Source: Eledone cirrhosa (lineage: Eukaryota). Taken from it: DNA of 64,000 bases. The position numbers and the translations under genes were made by a program. The notes under the pieces are model-generated. The model ran no database searches and had not been told where the DNA came from. It saw nothing but the letters and a program-made list of their open reading frames with translations. Where the stretch lies: positions 23,188,001 to 23,252,000 of the forward strand of contig OZ024757.1 in assembly GCA_964016885.1 (NCBI GenBank), given 5' to 3'. Below, piece by piece: positions 24,861-39,061 of this stretch. Numbering within the stretch: position 1 is the first letter of the stretch; the number at the start of each line of letters is the position of its first letter.

Positions 24861-25950
24861 TATGTGGGTTGGCTGAACAGTTCATAGGCTGACTAAGATA
24901 CTCTCTTGGAATAACAAAATGAGGTTTATTTTTCAACATAGTCTCTGGAAAGAAACATTGCAGTTCTTAATAAGAAGAATTGAAATTAATGCATGCAAGA
25001 TTTCACAGCACTTGCCTCACTCCTTCATAGTTAACCTATGACCAAGATACTCTCTTGGAATAACCAAATGAGGTTTATTTTTCAACATAGTCTCTGGAAA
25101 GAAACATTGCAGTTCTTAATAAGAAGAATTGAAATTAATGCATGCAAGATTTCACAGCACTTGCCTCACTCCTTCATAGTTAACCTATGACCAAGATACT
25201 CTCTTGGAATAACCAAATGAGGTTTATTTTTCAACATAGTCTCTGGAAAGAAACATTGCAGTTCTTAATAAGAAGAATTGAAATTAATGCATGCAAGATT
25301 TCACAGCACTTGCCTCACTCCTTCATAGTTAACCTATGACCAAGATACTCTCATGGAATAACCAAATGAGGTTTATTTTTCAACATAGTCTCTGGAAAGA
25401 AACATTGCAGTTCTTAATAAGAAGAGTTGAAATTAATGCATGCAAGATTTCACCGCCCTAGCCTCACTGCTTCAAAGTTAGTCTATGACCAAGATACTCT
25501 CTTGGAATAACCAAATGAGGTTTATTTTTCAACATAGTCTCTGGAAAGAAACATTGCAGTTATTAATAAGAAGAGTCGAAATTAATGCATGCAAGATTTC
25601 ACAGCTCTAGCCTACTTCCTTCATAGTTAACCTATGACCAAGATACTCTCATGGAATAACCAAATGAGGTTTATTTTTCAACATAGTCCCTCAAAAGAAA
25701 CATTGCAGTTCTTAATAAGAAGAGTTGAAATTAATGCATGCAAGATTTCACAGCTCCAGCATCAATCCTTCATAGGCTGACCAAGATACTCTCATGGAAT
25801 AACCAAATGAGGTTTATTTTTCAACATAGTCCCTGGAGAGAAACAATGCAGTTATTAATAAGAAGAGTTGAAATTAATGCATGCAAGATTTCCCAGCTCT
25901 TGCCTCACTGCTTCATAGTTAGCCTATGAACTTTTCAGCTCACCCTTGTA
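24861..25950. mobile_element. Tc1/mariner-type MITE internally expanded to ~7 x 149-bp tandem repeats
   Basis: Left end TA-tgtgggttggctgaacagttcataggctgac; right end reverse complement TA-caagggtgagctgaaaagttcataggctaac. Period 149 bp (accaagatac at 25041, 25190, 25339). Confidence 0.8.
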
Positions 25951-28654
25951 GTTAAACTGCAAAGCATTGTATCTGTCACTCTACCGATTCTGCCAATTCA
26001 CTGCACCTATTTTCTGGGGTAATGATAAAATAATCTGTGACTGATATATATTAGTGAAATAATCTCATAGATAAATAGTTCAAACAAGGAAATACATTTT
26101 ATACCCTTTCCTATGGAGAGGAGTCAAACTGTCTGGAAGTAAACACTTCTTTTCGGAGAGGGGGGTGGAGGGGGAGAGGGGTGAAGGAGAGAGGGAGGGG
26201 TGGGGAGAGGGAGGGGGATGTGCGATGGAGGGAGGGGGATGTGCGATGGAGGGGGGGGGAGAAGCTGAGAGAAAATAAATGAATGACTCTTGGTGTTGAA
26301 AGATGAATTATTTTGGATTTGTGAGAAAAGAGGAGCAGAGGGGGGGGGGGGGGTTAACAAATGTTAGTGGAGGGAGAGGAGGAGCAGAGGGGAGTAAGGA
26401 GGAGGAAGAGGAGAGGTATCAAGTGTTAGTGGGGGAGGGGTGGGGGGAGAAGCACAATATTCTCCATAAGAAGGAAATAAAGTGAATGCCAATAAACACC
26501 TACATATTCACACACACACACACGCACACACACGCACACACACACACACATACACATACACACAGTTTAAAGCTTCATAGTTGTACCTATTCTATACCAC
26601 ACACACACACACATGAGTGTGTGTGTGTCTCCACATGCATCTTGACACCAGTTGCTATGCTGGTGATATTTGTTTATGCCCCCCATAAAAAATATACCAC
26701 AGCTCACAAAACTTAAAATAGACAAAAGAAAAGTAAGGACTAGCATAAGAAAGGGGCTCTGGTCATACAATATTGCTTCAATAACTTCTCATCTCACCCA
26801 TGTCAGTCTGGAAAGCTGACGTCAAATCAGTTATGATGATGATGATGATGATGCTAAAAGTCTGTTCATCAGGGTGGTACTTATCCCTGGATTCCTTCAC
26901 ACTAAGCAGCTGAGAGTACAAGACTCTTCCTGGATAGGATGCCAGTCTGTCACATGTTTAACTCTTCAGCTTCTGCTGGTTCTAATTTCCAGCTGAGTTG
27001 ACTGAAGCAACATGAAATAAAATGTTTTGCTCAAAAACACAACACAGCACGCTGTCCAGGAATCAAACTGATGAAATTATGATCATATATCAAGAATGCT
27101 AACCATTAGGCCCTGTGGCTTCACGCTGTGGAGTGACAGTTATACAGACAGCCAACCTCTTAAAACCCAAACGAGGAGTACCATGATAAAAAGTGCCCGA
27201 AAACGGGGAGAAATGAGGCAAAATGAAGAGATTTTATATAATGAAAGCTATACCCATTTTCACAAGAGAAGACATCTGTCACCTACTCCAAAGTGGGTGA
27301 GAGATCTCCCTGTTGGACGGGGAGAGTTGACAGGTCTGGTTATGTTTTTCCTTATAGATTTTGATGTTTTGAACAAAAATGGCCTTCAAACCTGCTGGAA
27401 ATAATTTGCTTTTAGTTAATCAGGTTTGGGGATGTACACTAAACCCGTCTTGCTGTGTTGATTTCACAATCTGTTCTAAGCCCCTTAGCTTAGAACAGAT
27501 TTTTAAAATCCCTGGTTTTCTTGGTGCTAAGCAACTGAAAGTACAAGACTCTCCCTGGACAGGACTCTGGCCTATCTTAGGATTAACTCCCCAGCTACTG
27601 CTGGTACTCACTCCCAGCTTAGTGTACTAGAGCAACATGAACAGGAATCAAATCAACAACATTATTATCATAGTAAGTCCAACACCCTAACCATTAGGCT
27701 ATGCAGCTTCACATGATGATATGAATGATTATAATAGTACATTTGAAATATTCAATTCCACACTAAAAACAAATCTCTACTAGTTCATAACATGATCCAA
27801 TGATAACTGCAAGGAACTCTAAATTTGATTTTCTAATAGGTTAGCAGAAAAAGACTTTCACAAGTGACCCCAGGATAAATAAATTGTAAAATAGATTTTA
27901 ACATCAAATTGAATCACCATTTACAACTCATTCAGTTGGAAAAGAAAACATTTTATTTGATTTCTTCTTCAACAAAAATGGCTTGGTCAGTTAATTGAAT
28001 GTTCCAGTTATATCGCAAGACCTCTGGATATTATGAGGAAATTAGATAATTTATTTTTCCAAGACAAATCAATTTAGATTACTTCCTTCCTCGTTTTAAC
28101 AAATAAAACTCCATATAAAATCTAGTGTATAAATGTTCAATGATTGCCAACATGGTTGTTATATTCAAACCAATAGTGTCAATGTCAGCAAAGATAGTTT
28201 CCATTAGCCATCTAATTGTCAAGTGTGTGTGTGTCTCTATATATGCACACACACACACATATATATATATATATTTATATATATATATATATATATGATA
28301 TATATGTATATATATATGTTATATATATATGTATATATATTATATATATGTATATATATATATTATATATATATGTATATATATTATATATATGTATATA
28401 TATATATATTATATATATATGTATATATATTATATATATGTATATATATATGTATATATAATATATGTGTATATATATATACATATATATATATATATGC
28501 ATATATATATACATATATATATATATATGCATATATATATATACATATATATATATATATGCATATATATATATACATATAAATATATGCATATATATAC
28601 ATATATATGCATATATATATATATACATATATATATATACATAAATATATATAC

Positions 28655-28685
<31 letters not shown>

Positions 28686-28830
28686 CATATATATATATAC
28701 ATATATATACATATATATATACATACATATATATACATATATATATATATACGCATACATATATATACATATATATATGTGTGTGTGTATATATATATAT
28801 ATAAATATATATGCATGTATATATATATGC

Positions 28831-28871
<41 letters not shown>

Positions 28872-29153
28872 TATAAATACACATATAATTGTATGCACTT
28901 GTGTTAATTTCATGTGTATATGCACTCCAGTTTCCACCAAGCTTACACGCACACGCATATATATATATATATATATACACAATATATATATAGCTGTTGA
29001 ACTAATGTATGTTCGTGAAATTTTATCTGCATGTCTATATTCACATGTTGATGCGTCTCTCGGTCAATACGCATACATTTCTCTTTAAACATGTTTACAG
29101 ACATCATACAATGCCTACACCGCTATAAAAATATATATATCAGCTAAAGATAA

Positions 29154-29196
<43 letters not shown>

Positions 29197-29799
29197 TTTC
29201 TACAGAAATCAATATACCCATATAATTTTGTCTCGGTACAGAGAAAAACCAATGAAACAAAATAATGAGAAACTGTTATGATTTTTGCCTGTTTCTGATT
29301 TAAGCACAAGGCCAGCAATTTTGAGGGGGAGGGGAAAGTTGATTAAATCAAACCCAGTACATTGTGGTTTATTTTAGGTGGATTGGCAGTATCGGTAGAG
29401 GGTCGGACGCCATGCTTTCCAGCATAGTTACGTCCCTTTACGATCTGAGTTCAAATCCCGCCGAGGCTGACTTTGCCTTTCATCCTTTTACGGGGTCGAT
29501 AAAATAAAGTACCAGTAATACACTGGTTAATTGCTGGCCTTGTGCCTAAAGTAGAAACAATTATGTGGTTTATTTTATCGACCCTATACGGATGAAAGGC
29601 AAAGCTAACCTCAATGTAATAATAATTATTATTTTTACTTTTGGCACAAGGCCAGCAATTATCCCAGTGCATTACTGGTACTTTATGTTATCGACCCCGT
29701 AAGGATGAAAGGCAAAGTTAACCCTGGCAGGATTTGAACTCAGATCATAAAGGGCCGTAACTCTTTGCTGCAAAGCATGGCGTCCAACCCTCTACCGAT

Positions 29800-30192
29800 C
29801 CTGCCCAAATCGTGCCTAATTGCAGATGTAGCCTGCCCCTTTGACACGAGAGTGCAAGAAAAGGAGAGGGAGAAAATTAACGGATACCAGGATCTAAGGT
29901 GGGAGTTTAAAAGGATTTGAGACTGTCATGAGTTCAAGGTCGTCCCGATTGTCATAGGAGCCCTAGGTACTATCTCAAAGAGTTTCCATGTATGGTTAAA
30001 GAAGATTAGTCCAGCCCCGTTTTTTGGAACACTTCAAAAGGCATGCTTGCTGGGAACAGCAAGAACCCTCCGACACGTCCTGAATGTCTGAGGCTGCAGG
30101 TAGCAGCTTGATATCCATTTCAACAAACTTTCCAGTTAAATAACATCAATGACTGAGACTCAAAGAACAATAATGATAATAATAATAATAAT
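29800..30192 (+). mobile_element. 3' fragment of an R4/Dong-like LINE (restriction-like endonuclease C-terminus, 3'UTR, (AAT)n)
   Basis: Manual translation: IADVACPFD..EKEREK..YQDL..VVPIVIGALGT..LQKACLLGTARTLRHVL*. Confidence 0.75.
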
Positions 30193-30690
30193 GTGTTCTT
30201 TATTAACCACAAGGGTTGACAAAGTATAACATTAAGGAGAGCACAGGACGGTACAGGGCGGTACAAATGGGCATTTCTGTGTGTAAAAAACAAAAACAAA
30301 ATTGCATGTATAAGAAAGAAACAAGGAAAAATTCCCCCATACGAGGGAGACTTCCAAAGTTCACTCATGGAGAAAGCCCACAAAAAGGCCACAGTTTCCC
30401 TGACTGCAACAGCAAGCACCCTCTTCCAGTTTTCCTCTTATGATACTACAGGCACACGCTCAGGGCAGGCTCATACACACGGGCCATTCTTGCCTCTCTC
30501 ACTCCCCTTTCAACGAACTGGCTGGAAGGTAGCACTTCCCCGATTTTCCTTTTCAGGTGAAACCTGAAAAAGTTAATGAGGGTGTCACCAAAGAGGAAAG
30601 TACCCGTATTCAACCCTTGCTGACACGTCCACCATACGACCTCTTTTACCATGGCCACCAGGCAAATAAAAACTGCCTGCTCCTCCTGGA
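30193..30690 (-). mobile_element. 5'-truncated copy of a related Tx1 element inside an (AAT)n tract
   Basis: AVFICLVAMVKEVVWWT..TFLFG..FFRFHLKRK aligns with ORF2 C-terminus AVFLCVVAMAKEVVWWT..TFLSG..FFKYHFKRR; ends CCCTTGTGGTTAATAAAGAACAC(ATT)n. Confidence 0.85.
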
Positions 30691-31175
30691 TAATAATAAT
30701 AATAAGGATAATGATAATAATGATTTCTACTATAGGCACAAGGACAGCAATTTGGGGGAGGGGAAACTCAATTAAATCGACCCCAGTGAATCACTGGTGC
30801 TTTATTTTATCGACCAGGTAAGGAAGAAGGGCAAAGGTAACCCTGGCGGGATTTGAACTGTGGCTTCTGATATAGGCACAGGGCTAAAAATTTAAAGGGG
30901 AGGGGAAAATTTATTAAATCAACCACAGTACATTACTGGTACTTTATTTTATCAACCCTGTAAGGATGAAAGGCAAAGCTAAACTTGATGAGACTTGAAC
31001 TTAGAACATAAAAATGTTTGCCTGTAATAAGACCATTATTACTTACCGTTCAAATCCCGCCGAGGTTAACTTTGCCTTTCATCCTTACGGGATCAATAAA
31101 AATAAAGTACCAGCAATACTCTAATACTCTGGGATAATTGCTGGTTTTGTGCCAAAAGTAGAAACAATTATTACT

Positions 31176-31668
31176 TACCGTATATACTCGAATATAAGCC
31201 GATCGCAGCTCCACTCCCACCCACCATATTTTTTATCTAAATTATAAGTCAAGGCAGGTAACGAACATATTAGGTTTAGATTGAGTAGTTTTGAAATTCT
31301 CATGAATGGAGAATATATATATGAAGTTTTAATATTTTGACATTTAAAATATTTTTTGTACCGTTTAAAGTAAAGTTTTTGTTTCACAATTTCATTACAT
31401 AATGATTTTTTTACCAATTCCTAACCATTTTGAAGGCCATATTTCTACAAAACATCAAACATAATAGGAAATACAAATTTCATGTCGAAAGTGACACCAG
31501 TGTAATATTCAATTCCAAAGCAAATGTATTTTAGCACCTCATTTATTGGGAATTTTTAAGTTGGTGGGAATTGGCAAAATATTGGCTTCAAATGTAAGCC
31601 AACTTCTCATTTTATCATTGATTGTTTTTGTCACATATTTCCTAGTTCATATACAAATATATATGGTA
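31176..31668. mobile_element. Tc2/pogo-like non-autonomous DNA transposon (degenerate)
   Basis: TA-CCGTATATACTCGAATATAAGCCG on the left; degenerate inverted match (catatacaaatatatatgg-TA) on the right. Confidence 0.55.
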
Positions 31669-32514
31669 ATTTACATGCTTTATTTAAAACAGACATTGTG
31701 ATATAATATGGTAAAAAGAAATATTACAATCATTTTGTTTCAATTTCTTTATGCCAAATAAAAGATTGAGAAAACACTTCAGCAAACTCCTTAACATTCA
31801 GCACACTAGAAGGTTTTATTGTTTGTTTCCCTTGACACTGCATTATGTATTAAGGGGAGATTACTCTATTGGTGACATAAGGCTCCTAGAGTATACTAAA
31901 GATTAACCACACAGCCGTTCCTACACCTATGTATCCAGTCCACTCTGCAAGGCAGTGGTGTTGATCCCATGATTAAATACCCAGTCTACTCTGTAAACTG
32001 GTGGGGCTGATATAAAAACAATCCACCTAGTCCGCCCTGTAAGTTGTTTGTACTGGTACTATGGAAAAACAGCACCCTGTCCACTCTGTAAGGTGGTCAT
32101 ATTGGTGCAAAGTAAGACCACCCTGTAAGGTGTTTGTTACGGTGCCATGACAAAAAGCACTCAGTCCACACTCTAACATGCTCATAATGATTCCATGGAA
32201 AGAGCACACTGTCCAACATGTCACTTGTTAGTGCTTGTGCCATGAAAAAACTCACCCATTCCACTAGGATATAATAGGAATAAATTTACGAGATCCTAGA
32301 CCCCATTTGCTTACCAAGTGGAGTAATACTTGTCAAATTCGACACAGGAAACAAAGATAATATCTACCAGTCACAACTCCTGGCAGAAAGAGCAACATGA
32401 AATAAAGTGTCTTGCATAACACATTGCCCAGTCCAGGAATCAATGTCCCAACCTCATGATTATGAATCCAATTCTCTAACCACTAAGCCATGTCCCTTCA
32501 CTAATTACATAGAT

Positions 32515-32742
32515 AAGCCTTATATTTAATTCTTTGTCTGCCTTATATATATATTTAACTCTTTGTCTGCCTTATATATATTTAACTCTTTATCTGCCTT
32601 ATATATATTTAACTCTTTGTCTGCCTTATATATATTTAACTCTTTGTCTGCCTTATATATATTTAACTCTTTGTCTGCCTTATATATATATTTAACTCTG
32701 TCTGCCTTATATATATTTAACTCTTTATCTGCCTTATATATA
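32515..32742. repeat. 27-bp minisatellite (~8 units)
   Basis: Unit tttaactctttgtctgccttatatata. Confidence 0.9.
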
Positions 32743-33781
32743 ACTATAGTTCAAACGTTTGCTCTAATTAGCTCTCTACTCAGAAAGATGAAACAAATAA
32801 TTATTTCTTATGCACTTTAAGATCACCCATGATTACACTAGACTATCATTATTTGACTACTCAACATTGTCAGGTTAGGAATAAATAAATAAGTAAATAA
32901 TCAAATAAAAAAAAACAAAAGAACTATCTTATGTTTGTAAATTATCTCTCTCTCTCTCTCCCCACCTTGTCATTAAATTAGCTTCAAATGATGAGAGCGT
33001 CTGAAGTAGGAGAGCTGACCAGACAAATCTTTATTCTCCTCTAAACTAATAAAAATAGAAAAGTGGCTTATTTGATTAAAAGACTAAACTAACTGAATTC
33101 TTAAAATAATGTTGTTAGTCTTGTCAAACTAAAGAAGAAATTAAGAGTGTGATCTGTGTAAATATATAAATATATGCTCGTCAGAACCAGCAACAATGGC
33201 CTGTATTAGATTTGGAGCTGACAAAAGCAGCACCCAATATATGAATTCAGTGAGAGATTGGGAGAATTCACCTAAGACCCCCAGATACAGCATTCAAGCA
33301 TTAACTGAATAAATATTCAGTACTGATGGAGGGTAGAGTGTAGATAAGTAGCAATAGCTTTAAAGTTTCAACTTAATTACTTTAACTGTGTCTTGTAGAG
33401 GTCATAGATATATATATGTGTGTGTGAATGAAGTAATTCCGTCGGAAAAGTCCAGGAAAAAAGAGTGCTCTATGTAGGTAACAGAGCTTAATAGTTATGT
33501 AATAAACAACATAAGGCAATAATTGCCTTAATGTTGTTTATTACATAACTATATATATATAATTAAATTAAAAATGTACATCCACATATGTATACTGAAA
33601 TACTAGTATGCATATGAATACACACACGTGTACATATGTAGATGTACCGAGTTTTTCACTGGACACTTTACTGTGAGTGTCCAGCTATTCTGTATGTAAA
33701 CACACAGACAAACCGGTTTTTAGAGTCATACTGGTTTTCGAGGAAACACCTTTCCTCTATTCTCCAGAAAGCCAGACAAGG

Positions 33782-33826
33782 AATATTGGACTAGTTTCGA
33801 TGTTGTTACATCTCATCAGCAATATT
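33782..33826 (-). ncRNA. Type I minimal hammerhead ribozyme
   Basis: AATATTG-CTGATGA-GATGT(aaca)ACATC-GAAA-CTAG-TC-CAATATT: 7-bp stem I, intact core, 5-bp stem II, palindromic ACTAGT stem III, GUC site. Confidence 0.85.
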
Positions 33827-34794
33827 ATATATATATATACATTTATACATATTAGGTGATTCAGTAGATTTGTGGTTTGCTTAGCAAGGTACCAATATTA
33901 GCACTCTATGTTATAGCACAGTGTATATATATATAGACGTGAGTCTACATGTTAAAACATATCTGAGGAGCTCCTGATACCAGAGTCAGGTTCGATCATT
34001 AATCGATCGTTTCTTGAGCTGATTGACAGTGAAACATATGTAATTAAATATGTATATGATACAACACTGATTCTTTGTTCCCTTATATATCATTATATAT
34101 ATATATATGATAGGGCGGTGGATTGGCAGTATCGGTAGAGGGTCAGACACCATGCTTTGTAGCATAGAGTTACGTCCCTTTACGATCTGAGTTCAAATCC
34201 CGCCGAGGTTAACTTTGCCTTTCATCCTTACGGGGGCGATAAAATAAAGTACCAGTAATGTACTGGGTTATTGCTGGCCTTGTGCCCAAAATAGAAACAA
34301 TTATTATATATATATATTATATATATATATTATATATATATATCATCATCAACATCATGGTTTAACGTCTATCTTCCACACTAGCATGGGTTTAGACGGG
34401 AGTTGTCCCACTTGAGGCAAGATTGGTTTTCTCGCTCATATAGGACTCTGATATATATATATACATTAAGAAGAACAAAACGAGTTTTCACATTGAGATT
34501 TTTATTGATTAGGCTCAGTTAGGAACATCTCACAGACAGGTGGCTCAGGGTCCATTTTAGTGTGCATGTGTGTGTGTCTGTGTGTATACATCATTTGAGA
34601 TGGCATGCCCTCAGATGAGGTTCTGACTTTAGTTCATAGAGTATAGATATATTCATTTATTATAGAAATGATTTCTACAGGACTAGAACTGTTTCATTTG
34701 TAAGAAATCATTAGGAACGTCCTGATAATTTCTTACAAATTAAACAGTTCTAGTCCTGTAGAAGTCATTTCTGTAATAATATATATATATTATC

Positions 34795-35490
34795 CTCATC
34801 GTCATCATTTTACGTCCGCTTTTTCCTGCTTGCAAGGGTTGGATGGGTCCTATTCAGCACAGCATCTCTCCACTTGTCACAGTCCTTCGTCATCTCCTCG
34901 GTCAGTTTCAGTGATCTGAGGTCAGCTCTCACCACCTCCACCCATGTTTTTCGTTGTCTACCTCTACTACGTCTTCCTTCTACTGGGATTTGTTGGCACT
35001 TCTTTACCCAGCGGTCATCCTCCATGCGCATCACATGTCCATACCATCTCAGCCTTCTCTCCTGCACACCACAACTTATCCCTCTTATACCCAGTTTCTT
35101 TCTCAACTCGTCTATGGTTGGTCGTTCTCACACATTGACATTGGACATCCAATGGAGCATACTTGCTTCATTTCTCTCCAGCCATCGCATATCTTCTGCA
35201 GATACTGCCCATGTCTCACTACCATGCAGCATCGCGCATCTCACACAGGCATCATATAACTGTCCTTGCGTACACAGGGAGAAACCCTTCTTTGTCAACA
35301 GAGGAAGCAGCTCCCTACACTTCTTCCCACCAGTCCTTATTCTAGATACAATGGCCTAAGAACACCCCTCTCCCATGCTAATCTGATCACCTAGGTACCG
35401 GAAGCTATCAACCACTTCTATAGAACCCAACTGCATTGGAAAAATGTGTCTATCACTGCGATTACTACTGCCAACTCTCCCTGTACATCT
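34795..35490 (-). mobile_element. RTE-clade LINE 3' fragment, same family
   Basis: ERRLRWYGHVMRMEDDRWVKKC..GRQRKTW; same 3' tail as 475-978. Confidence 0.88.
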
Positions 35491-35584
35491 ACTGCTTGCA
35501 AGGGTGGAAGGAATCATCATCATCATCATCATCATCTATCTTCCACGCTAGCATAGGTTAACACTTGAAATAGCAGGAAGAGGG

Positions 35585-35620
35585 TCTTAACGTTTCGGAC
35601 GCTAGTCCTTCATCAGAAGA
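35585..35620 (-). ncRNA. Minimal hammerhead ribozyme (Penelope-type variant)
   Basis: TCTT-CTGATGA-A-GGAC(tagc)GTCC-GAAA-CG-TT-AAGA, with palindromic AACGTT. Confidence 0.7.
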
Positions 35621-36929
35621 AAGAATGAGAAATTAGAAAGACTGAAGGGACGGGCCGGGCGGAATCAGGAAAAATGTTGACACAAGAGACAAAGGGGTTT
35701 AGTGGATACACTCTGTAAAGTGGTTGATGATAGAGTTTGGCTTTTACACCTAGCTCCCTTCTGATGACTGAGTGTTAAAGCTGGCACATTACTGCTCCAG
35801 CTCCTGCAGTTCTTGCGTTTAATCTAGCCTCCTGCCTTCCATCCCTCGTGAAAAGGGCCCCCCCCCCCCCAAAAAAAAAAACCTATGTTGGCATGGAAAA
35901 ATAAAATGTTGTAAAAACAACTATGATGATGATGACGTAAAGACCCCGTTTGGTCATGAACGAATATGGGATTTGCATACAGAAAGTTCCCGTCCGAGGC
36001 ACTAGTCCAAGCAAGGTTGTTTGTGAAAGACCAGCAGTCACCCATGCATACCAGTCTCCCCTCTCCATGCCACCAATGTTGGCCAAGGGAAAGGCAACTG
36101 TTGATACAGCTTGGCACCTGTGACATTCGCAACTCATTTCTACAGCCGAGTGAACTGGAACGTGAAATAAAGTGTCTTGCTCAAGGACACAACACAAAGA
36201 CCGGTCTGAGAATCGAACTCACTGCCACACGATTGTAAACTCAATGCTTTAACCACTAAGCCATGCGCCTTTACATGAGGATGATGATTTACTTAAGACA
36301 CTTTGGTAATTTCAGTACCAATTTTGACTTATATCTTTGTTTTCATTAGTTAGAGTTAGTTGGGCCTGATAAACTACAAATACCATCAAGTCGTCAACAA
36401 AAGACTGCAACAATTGTTTGTTTGTTTGTTCTTTATCAGTGATATTTCATCCTCACAACCAGATAACTTCATACAGTGGAGCACTTCTGATATTAAATTA
36501 TGCACAAAGAAATGAATACACTGCAAACATTAAAACAATAATTTGGACAATAATAAATAGATGACTGATCAACAGATAACAAATACATGATGAGAAAATG
36601 AAATAAATACTAAAATAGAATAAAATAAAAGTATCATGCTAAATATAGATTCTTAATTTAGGCACAAGACTAGCAAATTTGGGGGAAGGTGAAGTTGATG
36701 AAATCAACCTCAGTAGTTGACTGGTACTTTATTTTATCAACCTCAGAAGAATGACAGGCAAAGTTGACCTCAACAGGATTTGAACTCAGAAGGTAGAGAG
36801 CCAGAAGAAATACCAAGCACTATGGTATATTATTTGAGGCTCTACCAATTCTGCTATAATTCATCATTGGCAGCATTTAAGGGCAACATAGAAAGTTTAC
36901 TACAAAAATCCAGTTGAAATAAATATCTA

Positions 36930-36977
<48 letters not shown>

Positions 36978-37022
36978 GAAAGTAAAACAAAGAAGCCTTC
37001 AATACATCAAAAGTCTTTATTA

Positions 37023-37060
37023 GCCGACAATGTTTCGTCCTATTAAGGACTCATCAGGGC
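37023..37060 (-). ncRNA. Type I minimal hammerhead ribozyme followed by AATAAA
   Basis: GCC-CTGATGA-GTCC(ttaata)GGAC-GAAA-CATTG-TC-GGC-taataaa, inside a (TA)n-flanked ~150-bp element (36975-37120). Confidence 0.85.
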
Positions 37061-37427
37061 AATTAAAACAACAAGAAGTATTATCGGCTGATACAAGCCG
37101 GAAGCTCCGGCTTGTAGTTATATATATATATATATATAACTCTGAGTTATATATATATATATATATAATCATCATCATCATCACCGTTTTACGTCCGTTC
37201 TTCCACACTAGCATGGGTTAGACGGGTTGTCCTGTTGTGGGCAGTGTCTGGTCGGCTGACCTTGCCTTGCTCATACAGGAACTGATTTGGCTTGATTTCT
37301 ACATCTGGATTCCCATTTCTAACACCAACCTCATTTACAGTGAGTGCTGGGTGCTTTTTCGTGGCGCCTACACGTCCACTTTACAGTGTGGGCTGGGCGC
37401 TTTTTTGCCGTGACACCTCCACGACCA

Positions 37428-37482
<55 letters not shown>

Positions 37483-38629
37483 GTATATATGTGTGTATAT
37501 CATCATCATCATTACCATTTAACGTCCATTTTCCATGCTAGCATGGGTTAGTTGAGTTGTCCCTTTGTGAGACAAGTCAGATCCAGTGACTGTGTCTTGC
37601 TCATACAGAACTCTTTCTGGATTGGTTTCAACTGCTGAGTGCCCTTCCTAATTTCAACCACATTTACAATGTGGCCTAGGTACATTTTATCCTGGCATCA
37701 AAAGAATCAACTGACAAGTTGGACTGGGTACTTTTTCATCATGTCACAAAAAAGGTATGTGGCTTAGTGGTTAGGCTGTTCAGCTCATGATCACAAAGTC
37801 CTAAGTTCAATTCCTGGACTGGGTGGCACATTGTGTTCTTGAGCAGCACACTCTATTTCATGTTGCTTCAGTCCATTCAGCTGGCAAAATATGAATTGTA
37901 CCTGTAATTCAAGGGGCCAGCATTTTCATACATTGGGCCACAATGAATCTCTTTACGAACTATGTTAAGAGTGTGGTATGATTCTGTAGAATGCTCAGCC
38001 ACTTACATGTTAATTTCAGTAGCTAGTTCTGTTGTTCGAATCAACTGGAGCACACGTCATCAGAAACAATGAAAGTCCAACAATGATTTGTATGTTATTG
38101 CTTCTTCTTCTTGAGTCATCCCTTTTTCGAAGGTGGAGCATTCATTTTGCTTTTTCTAAATATATACAGCTCACCACATCTGCTTAAATACCCACACCAC
38201 TGCTGTTGTCCAAGGGAAAGGCAATGGCCAGTACAGCTTGGCACCAGTGTTGTTGGAACTTATTTCGACAGCTGAGTAAACTTGAGCAAATTGAAATAGA
38301 TTGCCTTGCTCAAGGACACAATGCATCATCTGATCTGAGAATTGAACTCATAAACTCCTGATTGCAGGCCCAATGCTCTAACTACTAAGTCATGTGTCTT
38401 CTATATTATAGAGAGAATAAATTTTATTATTTACACGAGACATATTACAGTCGTACTTTATTGATTCTGGGCAATGTTTTCCTATGATCTGCAATTAATA
38501 AATACATCCTTGCAAGCAGGGAAAAGCGGATGTAAAATGATGATGATGATGATGATGATGATTCTCAGCTCCATTTAATCACATCTATAGATAATTGATG
38601 TTTTTTGTAGAACAGCTAAAACAACAGAC

Positions 38630-38670
<41 letters not shown>

Positions 38671-38678
<8 letters not shown>

Positions 38679-39061
38679 GGAGGTGAGTTTTATTGTAGCA
38701 CAATAAAGCAATGCAAATATCGGATAAGTAGCACTCTACAGTTTGTAGGACTGGAGTATAAATAATATAAGATCAAAAGATGGTTAAAAGAGTTCCAAGT
38801 ATTTTATTATGCACATTTCAAAAACAAATATCATCATGAGATGATATCTGCGTTTTCATCAGATAAAATAGGGATACATGATATGAAGGTTAAAAAACAA
38901 TATTTTGATTTAAAACTTCACTATTCACAAGTGTTTTTTAACCTTCATATCATGTATCCCTATTTTATCTGATGAAAACGCAGATATCAACTCATGATGA
39001 TATTTGTTTTTGAAATGCGCACAATAAAATACCTGGAACTCTTTTAACCATCTTTTGATCT

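Noticed and set aside
13952-25950. CRISPR-like appearance of the 72-bp and 149-bp arrays
   Set aside because: Head-to-tail repeats with no unique spacers, no cas genes, eukaryotic context.
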